Part shown: piece after piece, positions 12,563 to 25,543 of the stretch
Numbering within the stretch: position 1 is the first letter of the stretch
How the letters are laid out: each line of letters begins with the position of its first letter
Source: Carcharhinus amblyrhynchos
Taxonomy: Eukaryota
NCBI GenBank assembly: GCA_965287045.1
Contig: OZ336890.1
Span: 22,630,001 to 22,694,000, forward strand
DNA: 64,000 nucleotides
Direction of reading: 5' to 3'
The notes under the pieces: model-generated
Seen by the model: only the letters and a program-made list of their open reading frames with translations
Database searches by the model: none
Told to the model about the DNA's origin: nothing
Position numbers and translations under genes: made by a program

Positions 12563-13082
12563 TACCTTCTTACCTTCACCTTTGAGAGGTTTCTAAAATA
12601 CTGACAATGGATTTGATTTTTAAGTTATTTTGTTTGCACATATTAAGAATCAGCTTGATTTTTTTTTGTTTCTGTCTGTGCCATAGTAGTCATTTTCATA
12701 CAGAGATAGAAATATATTCTTGGAAGACTTGATGCAAACATGGACTGCATTGAGACCTCCACTTATTCCTGGTTCACCTATGTTTGGCTCCTAAATTAGG
12801 TGTAATTTAACAAAAATAAATTCTTACAATTCAATGTTTATTGAAGATAAGCTTCCATTTGTAAATGTTTCTTGATTTTCTTCATGGATCACCAGAGTCT
12901 ATGAACTAACATTGCCAAGAACATTCTTCTTCCAATAATCTGATGCAACGTTACATAGATAATGGTGTCCAGTGGAAAATGTTCCTTTTCTGCACTCAGT
13001 AGCTTCCATATTGCTTCTGCTAAAATTAGGGAGTTGAAGTAAATGATTATAGGCATAAGCCCACATTCCAGAACTCTACAGT

Positions 13083-13153
13083 TATAGAGCCATAGAGTTT
13101 TACAGCACAGAAAGAGGCCATTTGACACATTGTGTCTGTGCCAGCCATCAAGC
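13083..13153 (-). mobile_element. Short CR1 or SINE 3' tail fragment
   Basis: Reverse complement reads AAATGGCCTCTTTCTGTGCTGTAAAACTCTATGGCTCTAT. Confidence 0.6.
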
Positions 13154-13620
13154 ATTTATTGACAGCATTGATCAGAGAGCTGTCAATCAAGCACTGTGTA
13201 GTCTTTGTTGCGAGCCAAGAAATTAATGAACCTGTTGAAGCACCTGAGTGTTAGGAAAAACAATGTTTGATTGACAACTCTGGCTTTCTGATCTATGTGT
13301 CAATTTCTCATTGCTTATTTACATAAGATAAAGGGATTTCAAGTACTTGCCATTTCTGCCATTGATACTTTAAAGGGTCTGAATGGCAGATATTTTTGTT
13401 GGGTTGTAGTAGAAAGAAGTTTCTTTTTTAAGAAAATGGAAAGTTATTAATGAATGATTCCTTTAAAAGTTTTTTTTTACACAACCTGCAGTCAGTACAA
13501 CATTTATTGCTTATCTATGGTGCATAGAGAATGAGTAGACATGGAAGTTCCATACTTTAGCATGGGGGCATAAGGGACCATTGGGGGTGTTTGGTGGCAT
13601 ATCTTGGCAGAGGGATCTTT

Positions 13621-13802
13621 AGATCCCCACTCCAAAAAAAATTCTAAATGTGGGTGAATTCATCAAGAATTTCCTCAAACTTCAAAAAACTTTCTACGTA
13701 TGGGTGAATTACAAACTAAATTGCACCAAGCCACCCAGCAGAAAGTTCATTGATTTTCTCACTGAGTACAACACTTAGAAGCCTTTTGGGAGAATTCCGT
13801 CC
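13621..13802 (-). repeat. Inverted copy of the 1794-1961 repeat
   Basis: Reverse complement reads GGACGGAATTCTCCCAAAAGGCTTCTAAGT...GAATTCACCCACATTTAGAATTTTTTTTGGAGTGGG. Confidence 0.7.
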
Positions 13803-16734
13803 TGTAACCATGCAGAAAACACATTCAGCTCTGGCTTAAATACCCTACTTGTTGTTAGGTCCTGCCTTTGATTTTTATTATACAGGAGGTCAGTCTGAGT
13901 TTGTTTCATTAAAACTTGTCAGTCAGATAATGCATTGGTCCAATCTGCAATTTCATACTTCTGACAATCCTTTTGACATACTTACTTTGCTAGACAAAAT
14001 CAATTTCAGTACATGAAGCTAGTTTTAGCATCCATCAACTGCTGGGTATGTAGCCAAAGCAGAGAGTCCATTGAGACAAAATGCGAGTATAACCAAACAC
14101 TGTGCAGCTGTTGCCTGAAGTCCAATGCACACATTAAGCTGGGCAATAGCTTGAGACTGATAGGACGGCTGTGAGCTTGGTCATTTGTATTTTATGTCTT
14201 GAAACAGATGATAACCTTGGTCAACTTCCTGACAGATGAGCACTATGTGGGCAAATATTTAATTCGTTTACACAGAAGATATGGAAACAATGGGCATATA
14301 GTTTAATGTTCCAGAAAATTCCCGACAAATACATCGTACAGAATACAACCAATTATTTCGCTTATTAGGTTTATTGATCAATCTTGACTTTTTTTTTCTT
14401 TGATTAATTGGCCTACAGTGAATGTATCACTGCTGGTGAAATCAGGTAATATTAATCATTTGTATCTGTGAGGTAAACTTTGTATAATTGATATCTTTCT
14501 CAACAACCACTAAGTGTTACCCTCAAGATTACGCAAATGCCTCAAGAGAGTTTAATAAGAAATGCATCGCAGGTTAAGGGTACTTGCGTAAACCTAAATA
14601 TAATATTTAACAATTAATCAAATCATTGCTGCTAACCTGTACATAGTAGATCACTAATAGAGTTGTAACTGAATAAGAAAGTTACTTTGGTGCTATTTAT
14701 TAATAATCTGAAACAAGCTTTCAATAACCTACTACACCAAGAGTATAATTGTAGGGAAAAACGGCTCCCCACCAATTGCGTATTGTGAAAATACACTCAA
14801 AACTCTAGTCCAGATTCTAGCAATTTTCTTATGATTTCCTTCGTTTCATCAGAGTATACCTCAGCTGTTGTGAGTAACAGAAAATCACTGAGTGATCCCA
14901 TTGTGATCATGATGTAGAATCATCTTCTCTAGTTCTGAATGCTAAACAGGTGGCATAGAGAATGGAAAAAAAAATCAGCACTGGCTCCGTATGTAGGGAT
15001 ACTAATGGTGATAATTGTCTGAAATTCTTGTTTCCTCATGGATTGAAGGCTAAAGCATGAACAGTGGTATTTGTGCTATTGGAGGAATGAGCCCAGAAAC
15101 CCCACTCCCATGGGTCAGAATTCTGGATAAGTCATTGAAATTTGACTCAATATCGATTTGCCAGTTTTTCTTCCTTTGACAAGCAGAGTGGATAATGCCA
15201 AGGGATGTGGGCATTTCCCCTTCTTGCCCCCATGTGGTTTGGCAATGAAATACTCACACAGATTGTTGCCAAGCTCCTCCAGGTATCCCACCTCTGTTAG
15301 CCCAGCTGTAAAGTACTTCTGTCCAGTGTATATGTATAGGTGCCATTCTTAGCAACATTTGGGTCTCGGTCACAATTTCAATAATTTAGGCTGGAATTTG
15401 TAAAGCTTAGCTTCATCAACAGACATCTACTTTCATCTGGCAATATTACTCATATTTCCCATTTTGATTAATATGGAAGTCCATGTTAGGTACCATGACA
15501 CCTTGCCAATGATTCTTCACATGGTGAATATGCCAGGAGGAAACTGGTTACCTCTTGATAGAAAAAGAAAGATATAATCAATAAGACACAGTTGGATTTT
15601 AACAGTAGATGTTTGGATAATCCTGTTTTTTGATAGTATTCCCATATTGCTGAAGGACAAGATGGGAGCTGCATGTACACTTCAGGCCATTGTTCCCCTC
15701 CTGCACTGAGCAGAATTCTCATTCTCCTTCCCTTTCTCCATTTTTGACCTCTGACCCCTCTCCTTTTCTCCCTTCATCTTCTAACTCCATCTCCCTTCTC
15801 CCAAGTATCCTTTTCCCCTCCCACGTTCTCCATGTCCAGTTACCCTTCAGGCCATTCCCAGTTCTTTATCCCTGCTTGATCTAAATAGTCAACTTGATTT
15901 CCGGGTGGCATTTAATGGGACTGTTTGTTATTGAAGCATGTTTGGTAGTGATAGTGGTGGGCATTTAATCAGACAGGATGGTGGCAGGTGGTGACCCCAC
16001 TGCTTTCTCCTTCTAGTGCCAATTCCAATCCTTAAGTGGAAAACTAATGTTTACATAAGGACCCCATTCTGCTGTCCCTGTTATTTAACTAATCATGGGT
16101 GAGGGACCATTATGGGAAACCCTGGAAGCAAAGCCTGTCAGAGTTCCCTGTGAGCTTCTGAGCCGCCATTCAAAGGCAATGTACTGATCAAAGAACTTAA
16201 CATTGGGCAGGATGACCTTGCTGAGAACCAACTTTTGCTACTAACCCTGCACTCCCATGAGCCCTACATTGTGACTTCCGTCCTGCCATTACTTACTTGT
16301 AGCCTGGGTCTCTTGGTGATCTGGGATCTTAGTTGGGTGTATTGCACCAGCTCCCCCACTGTCGCTCCCTACAATAATAACTGCCAGTCTCTGATTGACA
16401 AAGAGCTATCAGGGTAGCCCCTCATCCGGGGAAGGTCCACTGCCGCCCAGTTAAATATCTGACTGGCACTCAATACAGTGGATCTTTCTGAAGGGTAGTT
16501 TTGCCTGGCTGTCACTAGCTTGCCAATGGTGGATGAGAATCTTGTCGCCTCTATTAAGTACTGCATTCCACAAGAGATCAACACGAATGTATTTAACTTT
16601 TGATTGCAAGTCTGATATTAGATCACTTTGTTCATCATCCAAATATTTAGCATAGTGCACATTGCATTTGGAGGTTAGTTGAACATGTCGTTTGGAACAA
16701 ATCTTATAAAATGGGACTGTACACAACAATGTAA

Positions 16735-17444
16735 GGCCTTCATTGCGAGGGGTTTCTAGTACAGGAGCAGGGATGTATTGTTGCAATTGTATAGCGTCTA
16801 GGTGAGGCCACACCTAGAGTACTGTTTTGGTCTCCTTTACTGTGGAAGGATGCTCTTACTCTTGAGGGAGTGTAGCAAAGGTTTACCAGGCTGATTCTGG
16901 GGATGGCAGGACTGATGTATGAGAAGAGATTGACTAGGTTAGGATTGTTTTCGCTGGAGTTCGGAGGAAAGAGGGGGGATCAGCCATGATCGTAATGAAT
17001 AGCAGAGCAGTCTCAAAGGCCCAAATGGCTCCTCCTACTCCTATCTTCTATGTTTCTTTAATCTCATAGAGACTTATAAAATTCTAACAGGACTAGACAG
17101 AGTAGATGCAGGGAGGATGTTCCCGATGGAGAGGGAGTACAGAACCAGGGGTCAAAATCTGAGGATTTGGAGTAGACCATTTAGGATGGAGATGAGGAGA
17201 CATTTCTTCACCCAAAGAGTGGTGAGCCAGTGGAATTCATTTCCACAGGAAATAGTTGACATCAAAACATTGAATGTATTCAAGAGATGGCTGAATGTAG
17301 CACTTGGGGCAAATGGGATCAAAGGTTAAGGGGGGAAAGCAGGATTAGCCTATTGAGTTGGATGATCAGCCATGATCGTAATGAATGGCAGAGCAGGCTC
17401 ATAAGGCCAACCGGCCTCCCTCTGCTCCTATCTTCTATGTTTCT
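16735..17444 (+). mobile_element. 5'-truncated CR1 LINE with TSD ATGTAA, containing a nested same-family tail
   Basis: CR1 C-terminus RTRGQNLRI..FFTQRVVSQWNS. ATGTAA at 16729-16734 and 17445-17450. An extra 3' UTR copy lies at 16982-17060. Confidence 0.9.
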
Positions 17445-18110
17445 ATGTAATGTTCATACTGTTGCTATCACTTTATTAATATTTAAAACTCCATTCTTAA
17501 TGCTTGTAGATGCAGGGCAAAGTGAGGTTTACTCAAAATTGTCACTAGTCAACTGAAATTGACTGAAACGGCCCATTTCAAATGATAATTCAGACAAAAA
17601 GAATTTTATCAATGAAAATATTGCCTATGTCAGCTGTGCGCTCCAGTCTCTCCCCAGTTCTCACTAATATCAATATCAGTGTGGCTTCTCCAGGGACAGT
17701 CAGCCAAAAGCTTAACTGTGGAATGGTGGTAGGCAGTTTGGCTTTTGTGAAACTATAGCTGCTTTGACGTTGCATTTAGCGGTATAATTGTGTCAACAGT
17801 TTCTGGTTTACAGATCACTCGAGCCTGGTGGAAGCCCCAGTATAAACTTTACAGATTCACTCAGCTGGTTTCTGCTGTGACAATAAAAGAAAACTTTTTG
17901 GGTTTATGGAAATGAGCAAGTCACTGGGATGTCGAGCAGCAGCTGGTGCAAGAATTGCCACAGTGCTGACCTGATGGTTATAGTTGCTGAATCCACAAAG
18001 TAGATCTGTCTGCTGAGCCATCTTGTAATGTATCTTCAAATAAACCTAATCTACATATAAGTTTACCCATTCCTGGTGTGAGATTGGTGAGCTGATGTAC
18101 AGCAGACAGT

Positions 18111-18235
18111 GGGTGGAATTCTCTGGCCGTTCACACCCTGCCACCATTGTCAGCGAGAACGAAGAATTTGGTGCTCAACCAAATCTCCATTCACTACAGC
18201 GGGACCAGAAAATCCCGGGCCGCAGAATCTAGCCC
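18111..18235. mobile_element. MITE-like element with GGG...CCC termini
   Basis: GGGTGGAATTCTCTGG ... CCGCAGAATCTAGCCC inverted ends. Related to 57491-57623. Confidence 0.6.
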
Positions 18236-18434
18236 ATTGTATCTAAAACTGAAATTACAGCAACTATGTGGGCTGAAAGCTGAGGCAACTGAAGTGAACT
18301 GGGTTATGAGGCTAGAGAATTTATCAATCGAGAAGCTGTGGCAGATTTTTAAGGAGATATTTTAGAATACTCAGAATAACTATAAAATAAATAAAAATTC
18401 TGAGGTGAATACTGTGGTTAACTAAAGAAGTTAA

Positions 18435-18734
18435 GGGCGGCACAGTGGTTAACACTGCTGCCTCACAGTGCCAGGGACCCAGGTTCAATTCCCACCTCAG
18501 GTCACTGTCTATGCAGAGTTTGCTCGTTCACCCTGTGTCTGCATTGGTTTTCTCCGGTTTCCTCCCACACTCCAAAGATGTGCGGGTTAGGTGGATTGAC
18601 CATGCTAAATTGACCCCAGTATCAGGGGGATTAGCAGGGTAAATGAGGATATAGGTATAGGGCATTGATGGGATTGTGGTCAGCATAGACTCAATGGACC
18701 GATTGGCCTCCTCCTGTACTGTAGGACCCTATGA
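18435..18734 (+). mobile_element. HE1-like V-SINE, type A tail, nested in CR1
   Basis: GGGCGGCACAGTGGTTAACACTGCTGCCTCACAG head and GACTCAATGGACCGATTGGCCTCCT tail. Confidence 0.9.
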
Positions 18735-18960
18735 CAGTGTCAAACGTAATGTAAAAGCATATAACTGTGCAAAAATGAATGGCAGATCAGATGCCTGATC
18801 AGAATAAAAAGAATGGCAGAGATTAAAAGGTTAATCAGAAGAAAGCAAAGTATGAGAGGAGACAAGCTAGAAATGTAAAACAGATAGCAGAAGTTTCTAC
18901 GGGTATTTGAAAAGGAAGAGTCAGTAAAATGAGTGTTGTCACTCTCTGGAGGACTAATGG

Positions 18961-19155
18961 AAAGTTAAAATTAACAGTAAAGTTGCAGTGGTCCCAAATA
19001 TCCGTGGGCTGTTCTCCCCTATGTGATTTAACCGGAGGATCACCGCACCTCAGGCAAGGGCCAAAGTTGAGAATAATCTCAGCCAGTATAAGAATTGAAC
19101 TGTGCTGTTCATGAATCATGAACAGGCTGTCCAGCCAACTGAGCTAACTAACCCC
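18961..19155 (-). mobile_element. Distinct tRNA-derived SINE (not HE1) nested in CR1
   Basis: Reverse complement starts GGGGTTAGTTAGCTCAGTTGGCTGG (A box), then AGTTCAATTC (B box), and ends GGGGAGAACAGCCCACGG..GGGACCACTGCAACTTTAC..TTAACTTT. CR1 resumes on both sides. Confidence 0.7.
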
Positions 19156-20960
19156 AGAGTTAGTAGTTGATAATAAGAAAATGGCAGGTGAAATGAACAA
19201 ATATTTTGATTTGGTCTTCATCAGAGAATATAAAATCAGTTATAATTATAAATCAGGAAGTGGAAGGGAGAGAGGAATTTGGTGAAATTACAATCACTAG
19301 GGAAATAGTACTGAGCAAAACTGATGGAACTGTGGGCTGACAAGTCTCCAGATCCTAATGGACTTCATCCAATAGTTTAAGAGAGGTGATAACATGGTAG
19401 TAGATGAGTTGGTGCTAATATTCCAAACTCCAGTACATTCTAGAAAGGTTCAATCATACTGGAAAATAGCAAATCTAACTCCCCCTATTCAAGAAGGGAG
19501 GGATGCAGAAAAGATACAGTTATCTTGATGTTTGTCATGTGGAAGATGTTAGAATCATTCAGTTAAGAGGTGATAGCTGGGCATTTAGAAAAGTTCAAGG
19601 TAATCGGGATGAACCAGCTTGGTTTTGTAAAAATGAAATCATGCTTCATCAACTTATTGGAGCTCTTTGAAGGAGTAACATGCACTGTGCATAAAGGGGA
19701 ACCTATAGATGTACTGCACTTGGATGTACTGTCACATCAAAGATTATTGGGAAAATAAAAGCTCATGGTGTAGAGGATAACATATTAACATGATAGAAGG
19801 TCAAAAGAAAACAGAGTATGCATAAATATTTTTTTCTAAAAGATGAGATGTGCTGAGTGGAATCCCACAAGGGTGTGTGTCTTTTTACAATTCATATCAA
19901 TGAGGAGTGAAGGCATGGAAGTTAAGTTTTCAGTTGACACAAAGATAGTTAGGGATGTATGTTGTGAAGCGGAAATGAGGAGGATGCAGCTGGATATAGG
20001 TTGAGTGAATGGGCATCATTCTGGCAGATGGAATTTAATGTGGAAAATGTAAACTTTGGCAGGAAGAATAAAGAAGCGGAGTATTATTTAAATAGAAAAC
20101 TGCAAAATTCAAAGGTGCAGATATATTTAGGTGTTCTAATTTATGAGTCACAAGAAGTTACTATGTGGGTACTACAAGTAATTAAGGCTAATGGAATGTT
20201 ATCGTTTATTACAAGAGAAATTGAACATAAATTAAGGATGTTATGTTCAATTATACAGGGCATTGGTGAGACCACCACTGGAACCCTACCATCTCGCCTG
20301 TCACGGAACCAGAGCGAGCGAGGAGCAGACAACAGAAATGTCCATTGACCTTGGGCTGGAATTTCTGGTCTCACTCGAGGGAGCTGTAAAATCCCACCCC
20401 ACATCTTAAACTGCATTTTGGTCTCCTTATTTAAGGAAGAGAAAGGATGTAAATACATGAAAATGGTTCAGTAGATTGATGCCTGGAATGAGGGGGTTGT
20501 CTGATGAGGATAGGATCAACAGACTGGGCTTGTTTCCGCTGCAGTTTAGAAGAATGAAGGGTAACTTGATTGAAGTACTTCAGATCCTGAATGGTCTCAA
20601 TAAGGTAGATATGGAAAGGCTGCTTCCGCTTGTTGGTGAGCCCAGAACTAGGGGACACTGCTTTAAAATTACGACAAAGATGACAAGACATCTTTATCTC
20701 TGCGGGTTGTTCAACTTTGAAACTCTCTGCCTCAGAAGACAGTGGGGGCTGGGTCACTGAATATTTTTAAGGTGGAGGTAAATAAATTCTTGTTCGGCAA
20801 GGGGACCAAAGGTTACCAGGGGAGATGGAAATGTGGAATTGGAAACACAAATGGATCAGCTATGATCTTTTTGAATGCCAGAGCAGGCTTGAGGGATGAA
20901 TGGCTCCTATTTTGTGTGTTCTTATGTAAACTGAACAATTAATAGTGGATGGACTTGAAG

Positions 20961-21019
20961 CTGCACTTGGATGTACTGTCACATCAAAGATTATTGGGGA
21001 AATAAAAGCTCATGGTGTA
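20961..21019 (+). repeat. Near-perfect local duplicate of 19714-19772
   Basis: 58 of 59 bases identical (CTGCACTTGGATGTACTGTCACATCAAAGATTATTGGG.AAATAAAAGCTCATGGTGTA). Confidence 0.92.
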
Positions 21020-23510
21020 AAGGTTTATATTGGGGGTTGTTGCTGGATACATGGGAACTAAAAATACTCTGTCATTTTATGCAAAGCATAGCTTAAAAGC
21101 TGGTAAACTATACACGTGCAGTCACTAGCGTTGCTCTTCAGTAATTTGAAAAATGTGATCCAAATGTCAGCTTACAAGTAGTTTGAAAACAATTACAAAT
21201 ACTAAGAGCACTCCATGGGCCATTGCTGTGATGAGAACCTCCTAATTGGCTCCATTCAATTTGTTTCCCGTAAGATTTCTCGTCATTGGTTTCAACAAGA
21301 TCTGACCCTTTTTAATAATCAGAGTTTGAAGTATAAAAACATTTATTCTCCAGTATGATAAAAGTGAAATATTTTCTCCAATTTTCCATAATTTCATACA
21401 TATGGTATCTACAAATTGGCTGAAGATATAAAATGTGGAAGTCATGGTTTTGTACCATCTGTTTTCCCTGCACATTATGATTATTGTAAATCCTGATAAT
21501 TGTGATTAATTAGCAAAAAATGATTAAAGGCAGTCATAATGAAGCTTTTTGAAATCTATGGTTTGCAATAATGTATGCAACATCGCTATCAATCGATATT
21601 CACACTTTAAAACTACTGTATTGTCTGAACATCAAACTAAAATCCTGAATAAAGTTTTACAGTATGATTTCCTTTCCCATAAAAATCCAAAAATGTCAGT
21701 GCTGTTTTACAGCATTGTCACTTCTGAGAGTACTTCCAACATTATATTCACCAGAGGCTGGGTTGAGGCTGCAGGAGTTGCAATATGTGCAGTTTTGTGC
21801 AATGTTTCACTCCCGTCTCCACTATTCTGTGCTTCAAACAATGTTTAATGTTAGCGTGTTACCTTTTTATTAATATCCCAGCGTCTGACAAGATCACTGG
21901 TTTACTCGATTCATTTTTGCAGTGCTATAATTTCAAAGGAAAATGGAATTTAATTATTTTCACCCATTAATTGAAACCCATTTCTTAGTTATCGGAAAAG
22001 CACTTGTGATGAATTAATACTACAGGAATTTAATCAAATCTCCTCTTTTCTCAAGCGATTGAAGACAGATCATACCTTTTATCTTCACTCGCAACCAATA
22101 TATGAAATGTAATCCCTTTTGCTTCAGTGAATAAGAGAAATTTATCTACCTTCATTTTGGTTTACCTCAATATTTTAAAAAATGTTTTATCTCCAAGCTA
22201 TATCAAAGCTTTTACTTTGGGACTTTATTATACGATGAAAAGAACGTCAGAGCCATAATATTACATTTGACGTCAATGAGGCACTGAGAATTGCTGTAAT
22301 TGAACCCCTCTCCCCTAGTCACCTGCTCCCAACCTCTCTGAACGGTAGTCCTTCAGGGCCCCCTGCCCCCTCACCCCTCCACTGAACCTTCTTCCTCTAT
22401 CCACCTCCGCCACTAGGGTATCTGTGTTGCAGTCACAAATCTAGAGCACTCCTTTTACCCTGGTGTTCAATTTACTTGTTTAAATTTGCAGCAATGGCAT
22501 TGTAGCAGCATCCTACATTACAATGCAGTTTTCATTCAAGAAAGATAGTCTGCCTTTAAGGTCAGAAGATTGGCTGTACTAAATGCTACCAACACAAAAC
22601 CTGTGCTGTACACAATGACAGCCAGCATTGTTGGAGCCATTTGGCCCAATGCTACCGTAACTTATTCTACCATCAAGTAATGGAGGTGGCAAACAAGATT
22701 CTTTTTAACTGCCTATCTCCATTGGAAACGGTACTGGCAAGTTGTGAATCATGACTGTCACATCAAAAAATGGTCAGATCAATCTATAGCCTGCAAATCT
22801 GTGCTAATTATTTAAAAAAGCAATCTATAGATTCTGTCAAAATTCTGATAGAAAAATAATACTTAAGTGTCATTGAAACAGGGAATGCTTCTTTGCTTCA
22901 TTTTTAGTATTCACACCAAAATACAACCAATCCATCCTCAATTATCTATGAGAGGCAGTGTTTGGAAGTCTAATTAGCTTATATTGAAAAGCTTATTTTG
23001 AAGCTTTCATTCACCTTAAATTTAATAATTTGGACAGACATGAAAACAAAATAGTTGATCTATTGATTTAGTCTATACTGCAAGCATTCCTCTCTGGGTG
23101 AAAGCATAGCATGCTAGTTATGGCCTTCACTTCATGTAGAACACCAGTGTTGAGCTATCTAGGTGCACATTATAGACAGCAGTGGCTGACTGTGGATGAT
23201 TTGATATTACAAGATGATAGCTGGAAGGTGGATTTCGGCTGTGTCTGTAGCAGTTATTTATGTGAGGAAAAATGTAGTGATATGTCAATCTCATTTATTT
23301 GACAGTCCACTTCTTAGAACAAAAATATTGAATTCCCCCATTGTTGCCCATTATATGTGTCTCTATAGATGGACTTTATTATAGAAGCTGACAAGCTGTC
23401 TAAGTACTTCTTAGCTGTACATCAAATGGGCCCTACTGGAATCCCTCTTGAAAAGTAAAAATCTGTCTTTTGAAACATTCTCCACTGCCCACAACATCAG
23501 GGATGTGAAC

Positions 23511-23610
23511 ATAGGTGCATTGGCCAAGCTAAATTCTCTCTGTGTACCTGAACAGGTGCTGGAGTGTGGCGACTCGGGGATTTTCACAGTAACTTCATTG
23601 CAGTGTGAAT
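23511..23610 (+). mobile_element. 3' fragment of an HE1-like SINE, type B tail
   Basis: AGGTGCATTGGCCAAGCTAAATTCTC..GAACAGG..GGCGACTCGGGGATTTTCACAGTAACTTCATTGCAGTGTGAAT. Confidence 0.8.
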
Positions 23611-24611
23611 CATGGCATGCAGGCATTCCTAAATGTGGTCCTTGTTATGTTTCAAGTATTTACCACCTACTAAGAAGGTATGTGACTGAATAAATTTTAG
23701 TGAACATCCATTGTTTCCTGACCAATTCTAACTGTACATAGTATTGTTTATAATATCATTTGAGTTTTCTCAATGTTAAATTAATTGGATGTCAGACTTG
23801 AAATATTACTGAACCAAAGCTAATTATTTCTCTGACACCGATCAAGTTTGCAGTGAAGCATGTTCCAAGATTTCTAGTTGAATACAGTATCATATTTTCT
23901 GCCAGATACACAGATAAAAGTTACATAATTCGTTGCATTCTATTTGCATTTTGTGATGCTTGACTCCATTTGACATTTCACATTTTACCAAAATCTAATA
24001 AGTGCTACTTACCTTTACCAGGAGAGTAATGAATAACCTAATGTCTCCAAGTGTATGTTGCAACCTGCAGAAATAGTCTGCAAAGAACAGACACTCTTCT
24101 TTTGGACACACTTGGCTGCCTCTATCGCGTGACACTTTGCGAGAAGAATGGCCAAGCTTCTGTTCCAGCCATCCTTACTCTCCTGTAGACAGTGAGCCTA
24201 CTAAAATAAATGTTCTTTACTTTTATACCTATGTATTGTCTGTAATGTAGTCGAAGATCTCAAAGTGCTTCAATTACCTGAATTCTAATTAAGCAGTTGG
24301 AAAAGGCTTAAGAGAGTTGATCGGAAATGGAATTGAAATGGTGACTTTTAAAGGCAGGGAGTGAAGTAACAAGACGGTGTTAGGAGATATTTCTAGACTG
24401 TAAAACCCAAAGGGTCGAAGGTCCATCTTTCAGCACCAGGCGAAGTGTATAGTGATGGTCAGTGGGGTTTTATACTGGACATATTGGAGTCTATCTAAAT
24501 GAACAAAGAGGCTTTAGATATTTGCTTTACTAATGTGCTATTGAATAGCTTACTAGAACTGAGAAGATTCAACATACATTTTGCTGTAAGTTATTAAGAC
24601 TAGTGCCAGGA

Positions 24612-24785
24612 GGCCTTGTGACACAATTGTAGCATTCCTACTGCTGGAACCAGAAGCTCTGGATTTGAGTCCATTGCCAGGACTTGTTTGCCACAAAAGG
24701 AAATCTTGCACTACTTCCCCCCCACCCCCCACTATTCCCCAAAGCGCAATAAAAAGCATGAGTTTGACACTCCATGACAAATCCT
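24612..24785 (+). mobile_element. Old tRNA-derived SINE-like relic
   Basis: GGCCTTGTGACACAATTGTAGC (decayed A box) ... GGATTTGAGTCC (decayed B box). No intact cloverleaf. Confidence 0.35.
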
Positions 24786-25247
24786 GGAGATTCCTGTATT
24801 TAATCTCTGCAGCATAGTTTGCTGTCCCACAATTGGTCACAGTGATAAAAATATCGGAGGGGGCGGGGGGTGCAGGAAAAACACCAGGATTTAAATTGAC
24901 ACCTTACGCAACAAATTATTTGTTCCTTTGTAATCAGTTAGACAGGAGTTGCTGATTGCATTGGAGCCAGGCTGCACTTAAGACATTGGTTGACATCATG
25001 GAAATCACAATTAGTTGCAGATAATCTTTTGTGATAGTGCAAAATTTTTTTTGTTTTTGTTTGACCCATGAATATTTTAAAATATCTGTGTGACTATGAC
25101 AAATGCATTACCTCTCCTCAAATTTAGACTGCATAAAACAGCATAAATTAGATATTTGATCTGTCGTCAGCAAAGCTACAAAGATTAGACTGCATATAAT
25201 TTTTCTATTTTTATCAGCCTCAATTTAATTGGGAGAGTTTTTTTTGG

Positions 25248-25543
25248 TTTATTTATTACTGTCCAAAGTAGGTTTACATTAACACTGCAATGAAATTACT
25301 GTGAAAATCCCCTACACGCCACACTGACACCTGTTCATGTACACTAAGGGAAAATTTAGCACGGTCAATGCACCTAACCAGCACATTTTTTGGAATATGG
25401 GAAGAAACCGGAACACCCGGAGGAAACACATGCAGACATGGGGAGAACGTGCAGACTCCACACAGTGACCGAAGTCGGGAATTGAACCCGGGTCCCTAGC
25501 ACTGTGAGGCAACAGCGCTAATCACTGTGCCACCATGCCACCC
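25248..25543 (-). mobile_element. HE1-like V-SINE, type B tail
   Basis: Full head and V-domain. Tail GGGGATTTTCACAGTAATTTCATTGCAGTGTTAATGTAAACCTACTT..AATAAATAAAC. Confidence 0.9.

Larger units (their letters stand above)
18240..20927 (+). mobile_element. Long degenerate CR1 LINE (ORF2 linker, RT and 3' end) hosting two SINEs and a MITE-like insert (about 20275-20399)
   Basis: Segments NQLGFVKMKSCFINLLELFE, WQMEFNVE, KANGMLSFITREIE and MRGLSDEDRINRLGLFPLQFRRMKGNLIE, ending TGTTCTTATG. Confidence 0.9.
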
